A stretch of DNA of 64,000 bases from Candidatus Vogelbacteria bacterium (GCA_021414225.1 JAIOOX010000002.1:342958-406957), one strand, 5' to 3'. Shown: positions 46,991 through 58,110, counted from the first letter of the stretch. Program-made: numbers and translations. Notes: a model not told the origin generated them from the sequence alone.

Positions 46991-48259
46991 TTAACTTCTG
47001 ACCTCAAAACCACCCTGGTTTTTAAGCTCGGATTCTACCTTATCCATCACCTCTTTAATCTCTCCGTCGGACAATGTTCGCTCTGGTGATTGAAAGACCA
47101 AACGGAAAGCTAATGATACCCGGCCGTCTTTGTGAAATTCGTCAAACAAGACTGGTCCCCTAACCAATAGATCGCCAGCCTGGCTTTTAATCATTTCGGC
47201 TACACTTTCTGGACCAGTACCCTCTGGAACAAACAATGCTATGTCACGTGTAATCCTCGGGAAAGCCGAGAATTTTTTGTAGATTACCGACTGACAATAA
47301 TTTTTTAATAATTCCAGATCTTTTTGATCAACTGTAATTAAGGTTAACGGAAACTCAATTATAGCCGTCGTTTCAGATGTAATCGGCGAAATATTATTCA
47401 CACCCAATTTGGCTAGAGCTTCAGTTAAAAAATCAGACTTGTTAAATTTAGCCTTACTAAAACCAACACCAATTACCACCCTCACCTCTTCTCCACTGCC
47501 AGGAAAAACACTACCAATATCAAACACTTTAACTAACTCACTATCAAATAAAATATTTTTTAGATTTAATTCGATTTTTTCTTTTAACCCATCAATTAGA
47601 TTTGTCCGCAAAAACGGCTTATCTTGTTGTAATGGTTTTAAGACCTGCAGATCTCCCGTCTCGGCAAAAGAGTAACCATAGATTTCAGTAAAACCTAATT
47701 TCACCAACTTAGCCCGAACAATCTGGGTGCGCAAAAAATTGTCAGCATCCGTGACTCTATTAGTCTCAGGTAAATTAGTGACCACTATTTTATCGTAACC
47801 ATAAATCCTCCCCACTTCTTTGATTAAATTTTCAGGCAAAACAATATCTGGACGAGTAGCTGGAACAACACAAGTTACCACCCCACTACCGACTTGTGGT
47901 TTTAAATTGAGACTAGTTAAGATCTCCACCACAACTCCTTCCGGCACCTCCACCCCCAATCGCTCATTTATTAACTGCAGACTAACAGTCACTTCTCTGG
48001 TGCCACCCGTTGAAACCACCCCAAACTCTGTCTTAAGTGGTAGCTTAAAAATAGCACTGACTTCTTTAGCAATCCCGAACTCATCAGCACAATCAAAAGT
48101 GCGATCAGGTAAAACCTTCAGATCTAAAATAGTGTCTTCCCCACTATTAATTAACTCTTCCACCTCAAACGCGTGAAAAATAATTCCCTGCGCCAAATCC
48201 TCCACTTTAGGCAGTGGTTGGTCAAAAAAAGTTTGGAGTTTATTATAGGAAACTTTCAT
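46991..48259 (-). CDS. pheT: Phenylalanine--tRNA ligase beta subunit, short form lacking the N-terminal tRNA-binding domain
   Basis: B3/4 and B5 domains, C-terminal FDX-ACB; 422 aa. Confidence 0.75.
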   Translation of the reverse strand: MKVSYNKLQTFFDQPLPKVEDLAQGIIFHAFEVEELINSGEDTILDLKVLPDRTFDCADEFGIAKEVSAIFKLPLKTEFGVVSTGGTREVTVSLQLINERLGVEVPEGVVVEILTSLNLKPQVGSGVVTCVVPATRPDIVLPENLIKEVGRIYGYDKIVVTNLPETNRVTDADNFLRTQIVRAKLVKLGFTEIYGYSFAETGDLQVLKPLQQDKPFLRTNLIDGLKEKIELNLKNILFDSELVKVFDIGSVFPGSGEEVRVVIGVGFSKAKFNKSDFLTEALAKLGVNNISPITSETTAIIEFPLTLITVDQKDLELLKNYCQSVIYKKFSAFPRITRDIALFVPEGTGPESVAEMIKSQAGDLLVRGPVLFDEFHKDGRVSLAFRLVFQSPERTLSDGEIKEVMDKVESELKNQGGFEVRS

Positions 48260-48261
48260 AA

Positions 48262-49002
48262 CTAAAATTGGTTTATGAATCTTAAATCACCACTATACAA
48301 TAGTCGCACATCATCGATGCCGTATTTAAGCATTGCCAGACGATCTAAACCAACACCAAAAGCGTAGCCTTGCCACTGATTACTCTCTAGACCAACTGAT
48401 TTTAAAACATGAGGGTGCACCAGACCAGCCCCTAAAATTTCAATCCAACCAGTCCCTTTACAAACCGAGCAGGTTGCACCGGGTCCAGCACACTTAAAAC
48501 ATTTAACATCAACCTCTACTCCAGGCTCCACAAATGGAAAGAAGCTAGGTCGAAACCTAATGGCCAATTCTCTACCAAACAGTCGACTAAAAAAAGTTTG
48601 CAACGTACCTTTCAAATGACCAAGACTGACTTGTTTATCAATATACAAACCTTCAAGTTGATAAAATTGAGCACCATGAGTAGCATCAGTTGCTTCATTA
48701 CGAAATACCTTACCAGGCACAATAATTCTAAGTGGTGGCTTATTAGACTGCATATAACGGATCTGAACTGGTGAAGTATGGGTCCGTAGTAATCTTTCCG
48801 GGTCAATCCAAAAAGTATCATGCATGGCTCGGGCCGGATGACCTTCTGGAATGTTTAAAGCGTCGAAGTTATGAAAAGGGGTTTCTAATTCAGGGCCATC
48901 GGCTACATTGAAGCCAAGTTCAGCAAAAATAGCCGCTGACTCGGTAATAATTTTGGACAAAGGATGTAGATGTCCAAGCTTCTGGTCTGGGTATCGTTCC
49001 AT
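48262..49002 (-). CDS. pheS: Phenylalanine--tRNA ligase alpha subunit, catalytic core only
   Basis: Class II motifs (FRNE..., GLDRLAML). Confidence 0.85.
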   Translation of the reverse strand: MERYPDQKLGHLHPLSKIITESAAIFAELGFNVADGPELETPFHNFDALNIPEGHPARAMHDTFWIDPERLLRTHTSPVQIRYMQSNKPPLRIIVPGKVFRNEATDATHGAQFYQLEGLYIDKQVSLGHLKGTLQTFFSRLFGRELAIRFRPSFFPFVEPGVEVDVKCFKCAGPGATCSVCKGTGWIEILGAGLVHPHVLKSVGLESNQWQGYAFGVGLDRLAMLKYGIDDVRLLYSGDLRFINQF

Positions 49003-49035
49003 CTGGTTTAGTATACTGAAAAAAGTCTGATTGTA

Positions 49036-49070
49036 AAAACAAAATCCGCCAGATCGGCGGATTTTGTTTT
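49036..49070. terminator. Bidirectional terminator (15-bp perfect stem aaaacaaaatccgcc/ggcggattttgtttt)
   Basis: Seen in sequence. Confidence 0.8.
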
Positions 49071-49288
49071 TACAGCTTCTGCAACTCTTTTAAATCATGG
49101 TCTGGCCAATAAAGTATAGCTAACCCCACCACAATACCACCTAAAGCCGTAATAATCGGACTACCACTAAAAAACAGCTTATCAACCCCATCCAAGACAT
49201 ACCAGATCCCTCGCCAAATCAGAACCAAACCAATCGCAATACTCATATTGCTAGTTAAGTACCTCCAAGTTAATTTATGTTTAGACAT
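49070..49288 (-). CDS. Small two-TM membrane protein
   Basis: 72 aa hydrophobic. Confidence 0.4.
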   Translation of the reverse strand: MSKHKLTWRYLTSNMSIAIGLVLIWRGIWYVLDGVDKLFFSGSPIITALGGIVVGLAILYWPDHDLKELQKL

Positions 49289-49352
49289 ATTAAACTACAG
49301 TATAACAAATTTATAAGGGAAATGTCGGCCCCTTCACACCCTCTTCTTCCAG

Positions 49353-49425
49353 AGCCACCTGTCAGACTCGAACTGACGACCACCCGTTTACAAAACGGGA
49401 GCTCTACCAACTGAGCTAAGGTGGC
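49353..49425 (-). tRNA. tRNA-Thr (anticodon TGT)
   Basis: Acceptor GCCACCT/AGGTGGC, D-arm GCTCAGTTGGTAGAGC, anticodon loop TTTGTAA, T-arm GTCAG-TTCGAGT-CTGAC. Confidence 0.9.
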
Positions 49426-49482
49426 AAACATGTTGGTTAAAACTCACCTAGATATTCTACACAAAAATCTCAAAAAACCAAA

Positions 49483-49878
49483 TTACATTACTGATTGCGA
49501 ACGAATCCGGTCTTGGTGATTTTTTATTTCTCGTAAAAAATGAGAGGCATCTCCTTGTTTAGACAACTCCTGCTTCCCTTTAACTGAATTAATCACCCGA
49601 CCAAATCTTTTCTCTAATTTGTGAGCAAGGTACTTAACAATCAAAGCTGTCTTTTGACCCATCACCAAAAAATACAAGTAAGCGTGGTGAGCCAAATCTC
49701 GACCAATCACTGTTAAATGAAAAGCCAAGGAGTCAACCTTGTAATCAATCACCTGTCTAACCGACGTTTCGACCAAAACAGACACTCGTCGACGTCTCAT
49801 GGTTAAGACTTTAAACATCAAAGAACCAGCGACTATCGCATAACAAGCGACACTAATCCATAATAATGTTAAAGACAT
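49483..49878 (-). CDS. Hypothetical membrane-anchored protein
   Basis: 131 aa, N-terminal TM. Confidence 0.4.
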   Translation of the reverse strand: MSLTLLWISVACYAIVAGSLMFKVLTMRRRRVSVLVETSVRQVIDYKVDSLAFHLTVIGRDLAHHAYLYFLVMGQKTALIVKYLAHKLEKRFGRVINSVKGKQELSKQGDASHFLREIKNHQDRIRSQSVM

Positions 49879-49892
49879 AGAAAGAAAAACTA

Positions 49893-50345
49893 CTACTCAG
49901 CCACATCAAAACGAACAAATTTAATCAATTCCACTCGTTCACCAAATTTTTGACTAGCCCCCTTAAATAAATCTCCAATTGTTTGATCTGGATTCTTAAT
50001 GAAAGGCTGGGTCATTAATTCCTCTGGAGAGGTTGGCGCCATAGCTGCAATCTGCATAGCCACATCATCAACTATAGCCTTAAATTCTGGATTCTTGGCC
50101 ACAAAATCAGTCTCACAACGAACATCAACCAAACTACCCACTGTTCCACCATGAATGTAAGCTGAGATTACCCCAGCCCCAAATTCTCGATCGGCTTTTT
50201 TGTCAGCAATTATTTCACTTCGAGCTTTCAAAATTTCTAACGCTTTTGCTTCATCACCTTGAGCTTCTTCAAGGGCTTTTTTACATTCAGAAATAGAAAT
50301 TCCTGTTTTTTCTCGAAGAGCTTTTATTTGTTCCGTAGTAACCAT
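49893..50345 (-). CDS. tsf: Elongation factor Ts (short form)
   Basis: UBA-like N-terminus TTEQIKALREKTGISISECKKALEE. Confidence 0.85.
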   Translation of the reverse strand: MVTTEQIKALREKTGISISECKKALEEAQGDEAKALEILKARSEIIADKKADREFGAGVISAYIHGGTVGSLVDVRCETDFVAKNPEFKAIVDDVAMQIAAMAPTSPEELMTQPFIKNPDQTIGDLFKGASQKFGERVELIKFVRFDVAE

Positions 50346-50372
50346 AAAAATAAAGTTACACTAATAATAGCA

Positions 50373-51164
50373 TTAAACTGCCTGACTAGCTGCCCCTTCT
50401 TCCACAATAGGAGCTGGAGCTTTCACTAATTTTTTACCTTCCTTGTAGGCTTCGATCAAAGCCTTAATGAAAAAAGTAATACTAGCCACTTGAGAGTCGT
50501 TAGCTACTACTGGGTAAGCAATGTTGTTGATATCACAATCAGAACCACATAAAGCCACTATTGGTACTCGAGTTTGTTTAGCTTCAGCCACAGCAATACT
50601 TTCAGCTTGAGGGTCAATCACAACAATCGCAGCCGGCAACTTATCCATATCAGCAATCCCAGCAAAATAACGTTCTAGGTTTTTCTTTTCTAGAGCAATT
50701 ACTCCTCGTTCTTTTTTAGTATATTTTGCTAACTCACCCTTTTTATCTTGTTCAGTAATATCGGCCAGTCTTTTAACTCGTTTCTTGATTTCAGGAAAGT
50801 TAGTAAAAGTACCACCAATCCAACGTTCAGCCACATAAGGCATGTCTACTGTTTCGGCGTAGCGCTTGATGATATCTCGAGCTTCGTTTTTATTACCAAC
50901 GAAAAGAACTTTTTTACCCTCACTAGCCAATTTGGTAATAAATTCACTAGCTTGATCTAGAGATTTAACAGTTTCTTCTAAGTTAATAACAGCGGTTTTG
51001 TTTTTAAAACCAAAAATAAACGGCTCCACTGAAGGGTGGCGGCGTTTACGAGAGAATCCAAAGTGAGCGCCAACTTTAAAAAGCTCGCGAATGATAGATT
51101 CTTTACTCTCTTTAGTGTTTTGAGGCATGGGGGGTATTGTAGCAAACAAATATGGCTTTGACAA
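50373..51164 (-). CDS. rpsB: 30S ribosomal protein S2
   Basis: LFKVGAHFGFSRKRRHP motif. Confidence 0.9.
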   Translation of the reverse strand: MSKPYLFATIPPMPQNTKESKESIIRELFKVGAHFGFSRKRRHPSVEPFIFGFKNKTAVINLEETVKSLDQASEFITKLASEGKKVLFVGNKNEARDIIKRYAETVDMPYVAERWIGGTFTNFPEIKKRVKRLADITEQDKKGELAKYTKKERGVIALEKKNLERYFAGIADMDKLPAAIVVIDPQAESIAVAEAKQTRVPIVALCGSDCDINNIAYPVVANDSQVASITFFIKALIEAYKEGKKLVKAPAPIVEEGAASQAV

Positions 51165-51169
51165 TAGTA

Positions 51170-52141
51170 TTATCCTTGATTTTCCAGCTCGGTGGAAGCA
51201 CTTTTTAAAGCTTCTAGAATAGGACCGATTTGACCCTCAAAGATCCTCTCAATCCCATGCCAAGACTCTTTAATCCGATGATCGGTAACTCGGTCCTGAA
51301 GAACGTTATAGGTTCTAATTTTCTCAGAGCGATCCCCCGTTCCAATTTGAGCTTTGCGGTTAGCCGCCTCTGATTTCGCGGCCTCTTGTTCGTTTAAAGC
51401 AATCAACTTACTGAGCAAGATCGCCAAGGCCTTCTCTTTGTTTCGACCTTGAGAACGTTCTGCTTGAGAGCGAACCACGATCCCACTTGGTTTATGGAGA
51501 ACTCGCACCGCTGTTTCTACTTTGTTAACATTTTGACCACCAGCCCCACCCGCTCGCGAAAAATCAATCTCTAGATCAGATGGATTTAAAAAGATATCAG
51601 CCGACTCTTTGATTGGCATAACCGCCACTGACGCTGTCGAGGTATGAACCCGGCCTTGTTTTTCTGTTGAGGGTATTCTCTGAATCCGGTGTACTCCCGT
51701 CTCATAACGAAACTCATCATAAACATTTTTACCTGAAATTTCGATTGATACCTCTTTATAGCCTTCAACCGCACTCTTAGATTCGTCGACAATAGAAAAA
51801 GACCAACCCTTACCTTCACAATAACGAGCATACATCTCAGTCAAAGTAGCCGCAAATAGCGAAGCTTCATCACCACCAGCCCCAGCTCTGATTTCCATAA
51901 TCATGTCATCGGCCCCATCAGTGCCAGTGCTTTCTTTTTTCTTGTTGGCAATTTCTTCTACCTGTTTTAACATCTCATCTTTAGCCTGATTAAGAGTTTG
52001 TAGTTCCTCTACAGCCAGTTCTTTAAAAGATTCATCAGCCTGAGCTAGACTTTCCACCTCAGCAACTTTAAGAACCAACCGATCGTATTCGGCCATCAAA
52101 TAAGTAGTTTTTGGGTTTTGACGATAAGCGTCGAGGTCCAT
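51170..52141 (-). CDS. prfA: Peptide chain release factor 1 (PxT-type)
   Basis: GGQ motif ([11 protein letters not shown]); codon-recognition tripeptide P-S-T. Confidence 0.75.
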   Translation of the reverse strand: MDLDAYRQNPKTTYLMAEYDRLVLKVAEVESLAQADESFKELAVEELQTLNQAKDEMLKQVEEIANKKKESTGTDGADDMIMEIRAGAGGDEASLFAATLTEMYARYCEGKGWSFSIVDESKSAVEGYKEVSIEISGKNVYDEFRYETGVHRIQRIPSTEKQGRVHTSTASVAVMPIKESADIFLNPSDLEIDFSRAGGAGGQNVNKVETAVRVLHKPSGIVVRSQAERSQGRNKEKALAILLSKLIALNEQEAAKSEAANRKAQIGTGDRSEKIRTYNVLQDRVTDHRIKESWHGIERIFEGQIGPILEALKSASTELENQG

Positions 52142-52198
52142 AAGAATAGGCAGAACACCCCAATTTTTCCTTAGGAAAAATTGGGGTGTTCTAAGTAG

Positions 52199-52447
52199 TT
52201 AAGCTTCGACTTTCTTAGTTTTAGGCTTCTTAACAGTGGGAGCGACAGCTTTTTCTCGGCGAGCCTTGAATTTCTCAACGCGGCCAGCAGTGTCGATAAC
52301 TTTATCATTACCAGTAAAGAAAGGATGGCAGTTAGAGCAGATTTCCACTTGAATTGTCTCCTTAGTAGAACCGACAGTGAAAGAGGCCCCACAAGCGCAG
52401 GTGACCTTAGAATTAATGAAATAGGTTGGATGTATTTCCTTTTGCAT
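52199..52447 (-). CDS. rpmE: 50S ribosomal protein L31
   Basis: MQKEIHPTY...[10 protein letters not shown]. Confidence 0.8.
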   Translation of the reverse strand: MQKEIHPTYFINSKVTCACGASFTVGSTKETIQVEICSNCHPFFTGNDKVIDTAGRVEKFKARREKAVAPTVKKPKTKKVEA

Positions 52448-52510
52448 AGATGGAACTATAGCAAACAAGGCTATTTTTGGCAAGAATTTAGCTTATCAGT
52501 TTAATCCGGC

Positions 52511-53836
52511 CTAGCTCCCCTGCAGAACATTAATCTGAGCCTGGTATTTGGTAGCAATTTGCATCACCGAGTTACCATAAAAGGCGTTTTTAGGATTAGC
52601 CCAATTACCTCCAGCGTAATAACGAAGAGCAGCTCGTCGTTCATCAGAATAGTTTTGAGTGGCTGCCCCTAAGTCACGGACCAACAATGAAGTAGCTGTG
52701 AAGGCATCTCTAGCATTCCAAGGACTAGGTGGCTTATTACCCGTAATAGCTCCAATCTTGTCTTTATACATTATCCAGGTTGAAGGAATAAATTGTGATG
52801 GCCCCATTGCTCCACCATAACCTCCGCCAAATGGACAAGAAACTGGCTGAGTGGATGGATCAATTCCTAACTCTTTAGTGATGGCCAAGAATGGAGCAAT
52901 ATCTCTGGTCGGATGCATTACATTTTTGTAATTTTTACTCTCCGGGTCACCTGGCCGGTTACAGGTGCCTACATTTTGGCCAAGATTTGACTCTTGAGTG
53001 ATGATAGCCAAAATAAAAGCCGCTCTAACCCCTGTCCCCTTTGATGCCACGTTTGCGTACTCTAAAGCTTGACCGAACTGGATCTGCCCACTATCACGAA
53101 GATTAAACAAAGCACTTCTAATACTAGCCCTCTCTGCTTCTTTACTAGCCAAAACAGATTGATAAACTTTAGCCTCACTTTTACTAACTGACAATAGTCG
53201 TTGTTTTTCTTTTTCTGCTTGTTCAATATTTCTCTTTTCTTGTTCAATTACTTGTTTAGCATCCAGTTCAGCGTCACGTTTTTTTTCTAAACCAACTTTT
53301 TCTTTCGTGGTTTGATTTTGATTATTTCTAATAGCCGCAAATGACTGATGCATTGTCTCTTGGACAAAGTTGAACGAATCTAAGTCGGCAAAAATGTCTG
53401 ACACATTATTATTTCCTAAAACAACTTCTGTTACAGAAGCCCTATCTAATTCTCTGGTTTTACGAAGTAACTCAGCTAGAGATAATTTCTCAGCATCAAT
53501 TTTCTGACTTAAAGAAGTAATCACCTGTGACTTTTTATTGATGTCACCACCCAAACGTTGAATTTCCAACTGCTTGGCTTTGATATTTAATTTAGCTTGA
53601 TTAATTTTATAAGTTAAAATATCAATATCACGACTAATACTTGAAGCTTCTTTTTGCTTACTAGACAACAATGACTGATTAGCTGCGATATCTTTTTCCA
53701 CCTGGACCAACTGAGCTTCTAGTTGAGCTTTCCGTTCAGGGGTTAGTTGAGCATTAGCTGGTGTGTAAATACCAAATAATAACAGTCCCACAAGTAAGCT
53801 AAACAAACAGGTTTGGTTTTTTAAATTTAAAATCAT
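52511..53836 (-). CDS. Secreted coiled-coil protein with C-terminal lytic transglycosylase (MltB-like) domain
   Basis: Signal peptide; long coiled coil; GAMGPSQFIPSTW motif. Confidence 0.65.
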   Translation of the reverse strand: MILNLKNQTCLFSLLVGLLLFGIYTPANAQLTPERKAQLEAQLVQVEKDIAANQSLLSSKQKEASSISRDIDILTYKINQAKLNIKAKQLEIQRLGGDINKKSQVITSLSQKIDAEKLSLAELLRKTRELDRASVTEVVLGNNNVSDIFADLDSFNFVQETMHQSFAAIRNNQNQTTKEKVGLEKKRDAELDAKQVIEQEKRNIEQAEKEKQRLLSVSKSEAKVYQSVLASKEAERASIRSALFNLRDSGQIQFGQALEYANVASKGTGVRAAFILAIITQESNLGQNVGTCNRPGDPESKNYKNVMHPTRDIAPFLAITKELGIDPSTQPVSCPFGGGYGGAMGPSQFIPSTWIMYKDKIGAITGNKPPSPWNARDAFTATSLLVRDLGAATQNYSDERRAALRYYAGGNWANPKNAFYGNSVMQIATKYQAQINVLQGS

Positions 53837-53852
53837 GAACCTTTATTATAGC

Positions 53853-53890
53853 AAAAACCACCGGTCCTGAAAATTGACCAGTGGTTTTTG
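53853..53890. terminator. Bidirectional terminator (ccaccggtc...gaccagtgg)
   Basis: Hairpin flanked by A5 and T5. Confidence 0.6.
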
Positions 53891-53914
53891 CTATATATTT
53901 AAATTTTAGAGTGA

Positions 53915-54565
53915 TTATTCAGCTCCTTCTTCCCCTTCTTCATCCTTCTTACCTTTTTTCTCAGTCAACTCAATAGCCGATAAATCAACCGGCTCAGCCG
54001 TTTCTAACACTTCTTCACCAGCCTCACCAGCTAAAGCCACAGTCTCTTCACCGTCAACCATTACTTCAACCCCCTGAGGAATTTTTAGATCTTTAACCAA
54101 AATTCGACTATCGAAATCAACTAGACTAGAAATATCAACTTCAATTTCGTGAGGCAGATCTTTAGGCATCGCTTCAATCTCTAACTCGTGAATAACTTTA
54201 ACTAGAGTACCGTTAAGGTTTTTTACAGCTGGAGATTCACCTACAAACACTAGAGGCACCGCCACTTCCACTTTCTTACCTTTTTCGATGACATAAAAAT
54301 CAACATGAACAGGCTCGCCAGAAACTGGATGCATTGCTACGTCTTTAATAAGAGTATCTTTTTCTCCCTCTGGTGTATCTAAAGTAACAACCGAAGATTC
54401 ACCAGCATTACGAAATACTTTTTTAAATTCTTTAGTTTCTACAAAAAAGTTTTGAGGTGATTCTTTAGGACCATAAATAACCACTGGCAATTTACCAGCT
54501 TCTTTTGGTCCTTTGAGAGCCTTACCAAAGATGGTCCGGGACTCCGCTTTAAGGGTGATAGTCAT
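53915..54565 (-). CDS. rplY: 50S ribosomal protein L25 / general stress protein Ctc
   Basis: N-terminal L25 fold plus acidic C-terminal tail. Confidence 0.8.
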   Translation of the reverse strand: MTITLKAESRTIFGKALKGPKEAGKLPVVIYGPKESPQNFFVETKEFKKVFRNAGESSVVTLDTPEGEKDTLIKDVAMHPVSGEPVHVDFYVIEKGKKVEVAVPLVFVGESPAVKNLNGTLVKVIHELEIEAMPKDLPHEIEVDISSLVDFDSRILVKDLKIPQGVEVMVDGEETVALAGEAGEEVLETAEPVDLSAIELTEKKGKKDEEGEEGAE

Positions 54566-54586
54566 GGTGATAGAGTATATAACAAA

Positions 54587-55252
54587 TTAAGAGATTTGCA
54601 AGTCTTCAGGTGAGGTAATTTGGCGCCATTTAGTGGCTAAAACAGCTTTAATTGGTCTAGTTTCCTTAAAGGTTAAGATTGTCTGAGGTAGGCCATATTC
54701 TTCCTTACCTGACAGTTTAACGGGATCAGCCTGGAAAATATCCGTCGTCAACAAACACAAACTGGTATAAACAAGCCCTGGCTCACCGCCATGATTGGTG
54801 CCTTCAATAATATCGACCAGGTGACCATCGTTATCAATTATCGCTTTACCGCCACAATAGAGGCTGGGAACTTGAGCAAACATCATAACCCAATCAGTGG
54901 CCTCCAACACCCTTACCACATCTTGGGTATCGTAAATATCATCGCCAGCCAAAACTAAAAATCGCCCCTGTAGTAAGTGTTTAGCCTGCCACAACGAGTG
55001 AGCGGTGCCCATTAATTTTTCCTGATAAACGTATTTAATTCTTCGGCCGGCAAAATGATCACCAAAATAGTTTTTAATTACATCAGCTAAATAACCAACC
55101 ACCAAAATTACTTCATCCACTTCTGGTGGCAAAGACTCTAGTTTATGTTCAATTAAATTTTTGTCACCGAACTTAAGCATCGGTTTGGGTATCATATCAG
55201 TCAAATCACCCATCCGTATTCCCCGCCCCGCGGCCAAAATAACTACCTGCAT
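54587..55252 (-). CDS. Sugar-phosphate nucleotidyltransferase (NTP-transferase domain)
   Basis: MQVVILAAGRGIRMG...KPM motif. Confidence 0.65.
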   Translation of the reverse strand: MQVVILAAGRGIRMGDLTDMIPKPMLKFGDKNLIEHKLESLPPEVDEVILVVGYLADVIKNYFGDHFAGRRIKYVYQEKLMGTAHSLWQAKHLLQGRFLVLAGDDIYDTQDVVRVLEATDWVMMFAQVPSLYCGGKAIIDNDGHLVDIIEGTNHGGEPGLVYTSLCLLTTDIFQADPVKLSGKEEYGLPQTILTFKETRPIKAVLATKWRQITSPEDLQIS

Positions 55253-55266
55253 AACAGATTAAACAA

Positions 55267-56235
55267 TTAAACCACCGGGTTGAGAGCAGTTCGACCCTCT
55301 AATACTTCAATAATATTGTTGGCTGCAATTTCCGACATAGCATCACGAGCTTCTTCAGTGGCCGAAGCAATGTGGGGAGTTAAAACGACATTAGGTAAAT
55401 CTTTAAGACCTTGAACAAGTTCAGGCTCAAATTCAAATACGTCCAATCCCGCCCCCCGAATCTGGCCGGCTTTTAAGGTGGTCACCAAAGCTTGCTCATC
55501 AATCACTGGACCGCGTGAAGTATTAACCAAAACAGCTGTCGACTTCATAAGAGCCAATCTTTCAGCGTTAATCAAATGTTTAGTGGAATCTAACAGTGGT
55601 ACATGAACACTAACCACATCGGAAATTTTCATCACCTCGTCGACAGTTTGATAAAAAACAGCACCATAATTTTTTTCTAACTCTTCATTTCGAGCCACGT
55701 CATAGTAGGCCACCTTCATATCAAATCCTTTGACCGCGTGATGAACCACCCTTGAACCAATCCGACCAGTCCCAACAATCCCTAACGTTTTACCTTTAAG
55801 TTCTGTGCCTAATAAAAGCATTGGGGCCCAACCTGTGTACTGACCCGCCCGCACAAAATCATCTGCCTCAACTAGTCTTTTGGTAGTAGAGAAGATTAGC
55901 GCCATAGCAAACTCGGCTACTGCATCAGTCAAAACTCCAGGAGTATTTGTGATCACCACCCCTTTTTCCTTGGCGTCAGCTAAAACGACATTATCAAAAC
56001 CAACTGCATAATTGGCAAAAATTTTAGCTGTTGGTACTGCTTCAAACACCTCTTTATCTATCTTGTCTGTCAAAAGAGACAGGACCGCATCATATGGTTT
56101 ATTTTTTAGAACGGTCAATAATTCCTCTCTAGTTAAAACCCCTTCCTTAGAGCTGACATCAACTTCATATCCCTTACTTCTCAATAAATCGATTCCTTTG
56201 GCTGGAATTTGTCTGGTTACAAAAACAATTGGCAT
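55267..56235 (-). CDS. D-isomer-specific 2-hydroxyacid dehydrogenase
   Basis: NAD-binding GIVGTGRIG; catalytic R/E/H pattern. Confidence 0.75.
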   Translation of the reverse strand: MPIVFVTRQIPAKGIDLLRSKGYEVDVSSKEGVLTREELLTVLKNKPYDAVLSLLTDKIDKEVFEAVPTAKIFANYAVGFDNVVLADAKEKGVVITNTPGVLTDAVAEFAMALIFSTTKRLVEADDFVRAGQYTGWAPMLLLGTELKGKTLGIVGTGRIGSRVVHHAVKGFDMKVAYYDVARNEELEKNYGAVFYQTVDEVMKISDVVSVHVPLLDSTKHLINAERLALMKSTAVLVNTSRGPVIDEQALVTTLKAGQIRGAGLDVFEFEPELVQGLKDLPNVVLTPHIASATEEARDAMSEIAANNIIEVLEGRTALNPVV

Positions 56236-56241
56236 AAAAAA

Positions 56242-57105
56242 TTATTGGTTAAAAAGTTTTAATCTTTCGCTGGTCACTTTTTCAATTGCTTGGACAGCTG
56301 GTTTTAATATTTTGTATGGAGCCACTTCATCTGGAAATTCTTGCAATGACAATCTAAGCGCATCACGATACGCCACGCGTACTTCAGTATTAATGTGAAC
56401 AATCGCCACTCCCGCCTTAATGGCATTGGTAAAATCTTCATTAACAGTCCCTGATCCGCCATGAAGTACCAGTGGAACATTGGTTGATTGATAAATTTTA
56501 CTCACTCGGTCAATATCCAGCCGAGGATCATGGGTAGCTTTTAACATTCCATGAACATTTCCCACCGCCGGAGCAAGAAGATCTACTCCAGTTTTCTCGA
56601 CAAACTCTTGAGCCTGTTCTGGTGTGGTCAAACCTTCCCCCGAAGTGACTACATCCTCAGGAATCTCGTCCAGCAACTTGGAAGATGTGCCGATATAACC
56701 AAGTTCTCCCTCAACAATCATGTTTGGATTTTTACTTTTGGCGTACTCTACACATTTTTTGGTGAAGGCCACATTTTCTTCAAAAGACATTTTACTGCCA
56801 TCAATAGTCACTGCGTCATAGCCAGCATCCACCACTTCTTGAACTCGCTCAAAAGTATAAGTATGATCGGCATTTAAGAAAACCGGGTAGTTAAACTCTT
56901 GTTTTAAAGTATCAACCAAAGCTTTCACTTGCTTAACACCAATAAAATCTCGTTCCCCTTCGGATACCCCAATAATGACCGGAACATTTAGGGCCTGAGC
57001 CGCTCTAAAAACCCCCCACAAACCCTCTGTATTAGAAATATTAAAGTGTCCAATCGCTACTTTTTGAGCCTGCGCCTCGCCAATTACCTCGCGTAAAGTT
57101 TTCAT
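56242..57105 (-). CDS. fba: Class II fructose-bisphosphate aldolase
   Basis: Class II aldolase/TBP aldolase family metal-binding His pattern. Confidence 0.8.
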   Translation of the reverse strand: MKTLREVIGEAQAQKVAIGHFNISNTEGLWGVFRAAQALNVPVIIGVSEGERDFIGVKQVKALVDTLKQEFNYPVFLNADHTYTFERVQEVVDAGYDAVTIDGSKMSFEENVAFTKKCVEYAKSKNPNMIVEGELGYIGTSSKLLDEIPEDVVTSGEGLTTPEQAQEFVEKTGVDLLAPAVGNVHGMLKATHDPRLDIDRVSKIYQSTNVPLVLHGGSGTVNEDFTNAIKAGVAIVHINTEVRVAYRDALRLSLQEFPDEVAPYKILKPAVQAIEKVTSERLKLFNQ

Positions 57106-57119
57106 GCTACAATTCTACC

Positions 57120-58109
57120 ATGTCTAAATTTGATTTTATAGCTATCGGCGACATTACCACCGACGTCTTTATCAGAATTAAAGAAGCTCACGTTAACTGC
57201 CAAATAGACCGTCAAAATTGCCAGATTTGTATGCGTTTTGGCGATAAAATACCTTATGAGTCGGCCACAGTGGTATCAGCGGTGGGTAATAGTCCTAATG
57301 CTACCGTCTCAGCCACTCGACTAGGCTTATCTTCAGCTGTGGTGACCAACATTGGTGAAGATGAGCACGGCCGAGAAGACCTAGCTACTTTGAAAAAAAA
57401 TGGGGTCGAAACTTCGTTAGTAAAAGTAAATCCTGGAAAAAGTTCTAACTATCATTACGTTCTCTGGTACGAAGATGACCGCACTATTTTGATCAAGCAC
57501 GAAGAATTTGATTACGAATTACCAACCTTTGAGCCACCTCGTTTTATTTATCTCAGTTCGTTAGGTGAAAATTCTCTCCCTTTCCATCACACTATTGCCG
57601 AATACATAAAAAATCACCCAGAGACTAAACTAGTTTTTCAGCCAGGTACTTTTCAGATAAAACTGGGAGCGGAAACTTTGAAAGATATTTATGCAGTAAC
57701 GGAAATATTTTTCTGCAACGTTGAGGAGGCCAGAAGAATTATCGACGCCCCGGAAGATACTGTAGCTGATTTACTATCAAAAGTTCACGAACTAGGGCCA
57801 AAAATTGTAGTCATTACCGACGGACCCAAAGGAGCTTACTGTTTCGATGGTACCACTAAATTGTTTATGCCTATTTATCCCGATCCAAAACCACCTCTCG
57901 AACGAACTGGCGCCGGCGACTCTTTCGCTAGCACTTTCACCGCCATGATCGCTTTGGGCAAATCAGTTGAAGAAGCTCTCACTCTGGCGCCGATCAACTC
58001 CATGAATGTCGTTCAGCATGTCGGCGCTCAAGCTGGTTTACTAACAATGGAACAAATTCAAGATTGGCTTACCAAAGCTCCAGCTGACTATAAAGCGCAA
58101 ATAATCTAA
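57120..58109 (+). CDS. PfkB-family carbohydrate kinase
   Basis: C-terminal GAGDSFAS motif. Confidence 0.7.
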   Translation: MSKFDFIAIGDITTDVFIRIKEAHVNCQIDRQNCQICMRFGDKIPYESATVVSAVGNSPNATVSATRLGLSSAVVTNIGEDEHGREDLATLKKNGVETSLVKVNPGKSSNYHYVLWYEDDRTILIKHEEFDYELPTFEPPRFIYLSSLGENSLPFHHTIAEYIKNHPETKLVFQPGTFQIKLGAETLKDIYAVTEIFFCNVEEARRIIDAPEDTVADLLSKVHELGPKIVVITDGPKGAYCFDGTTKLFMPIYPDPKPPLERTGAGDSFASTFTAMIALGKSVEEALTLAPINSMNVVQHVGAQAGLLTMEQIQDWLTKAPADYKAQII

Positions 58110-58110
58110 C

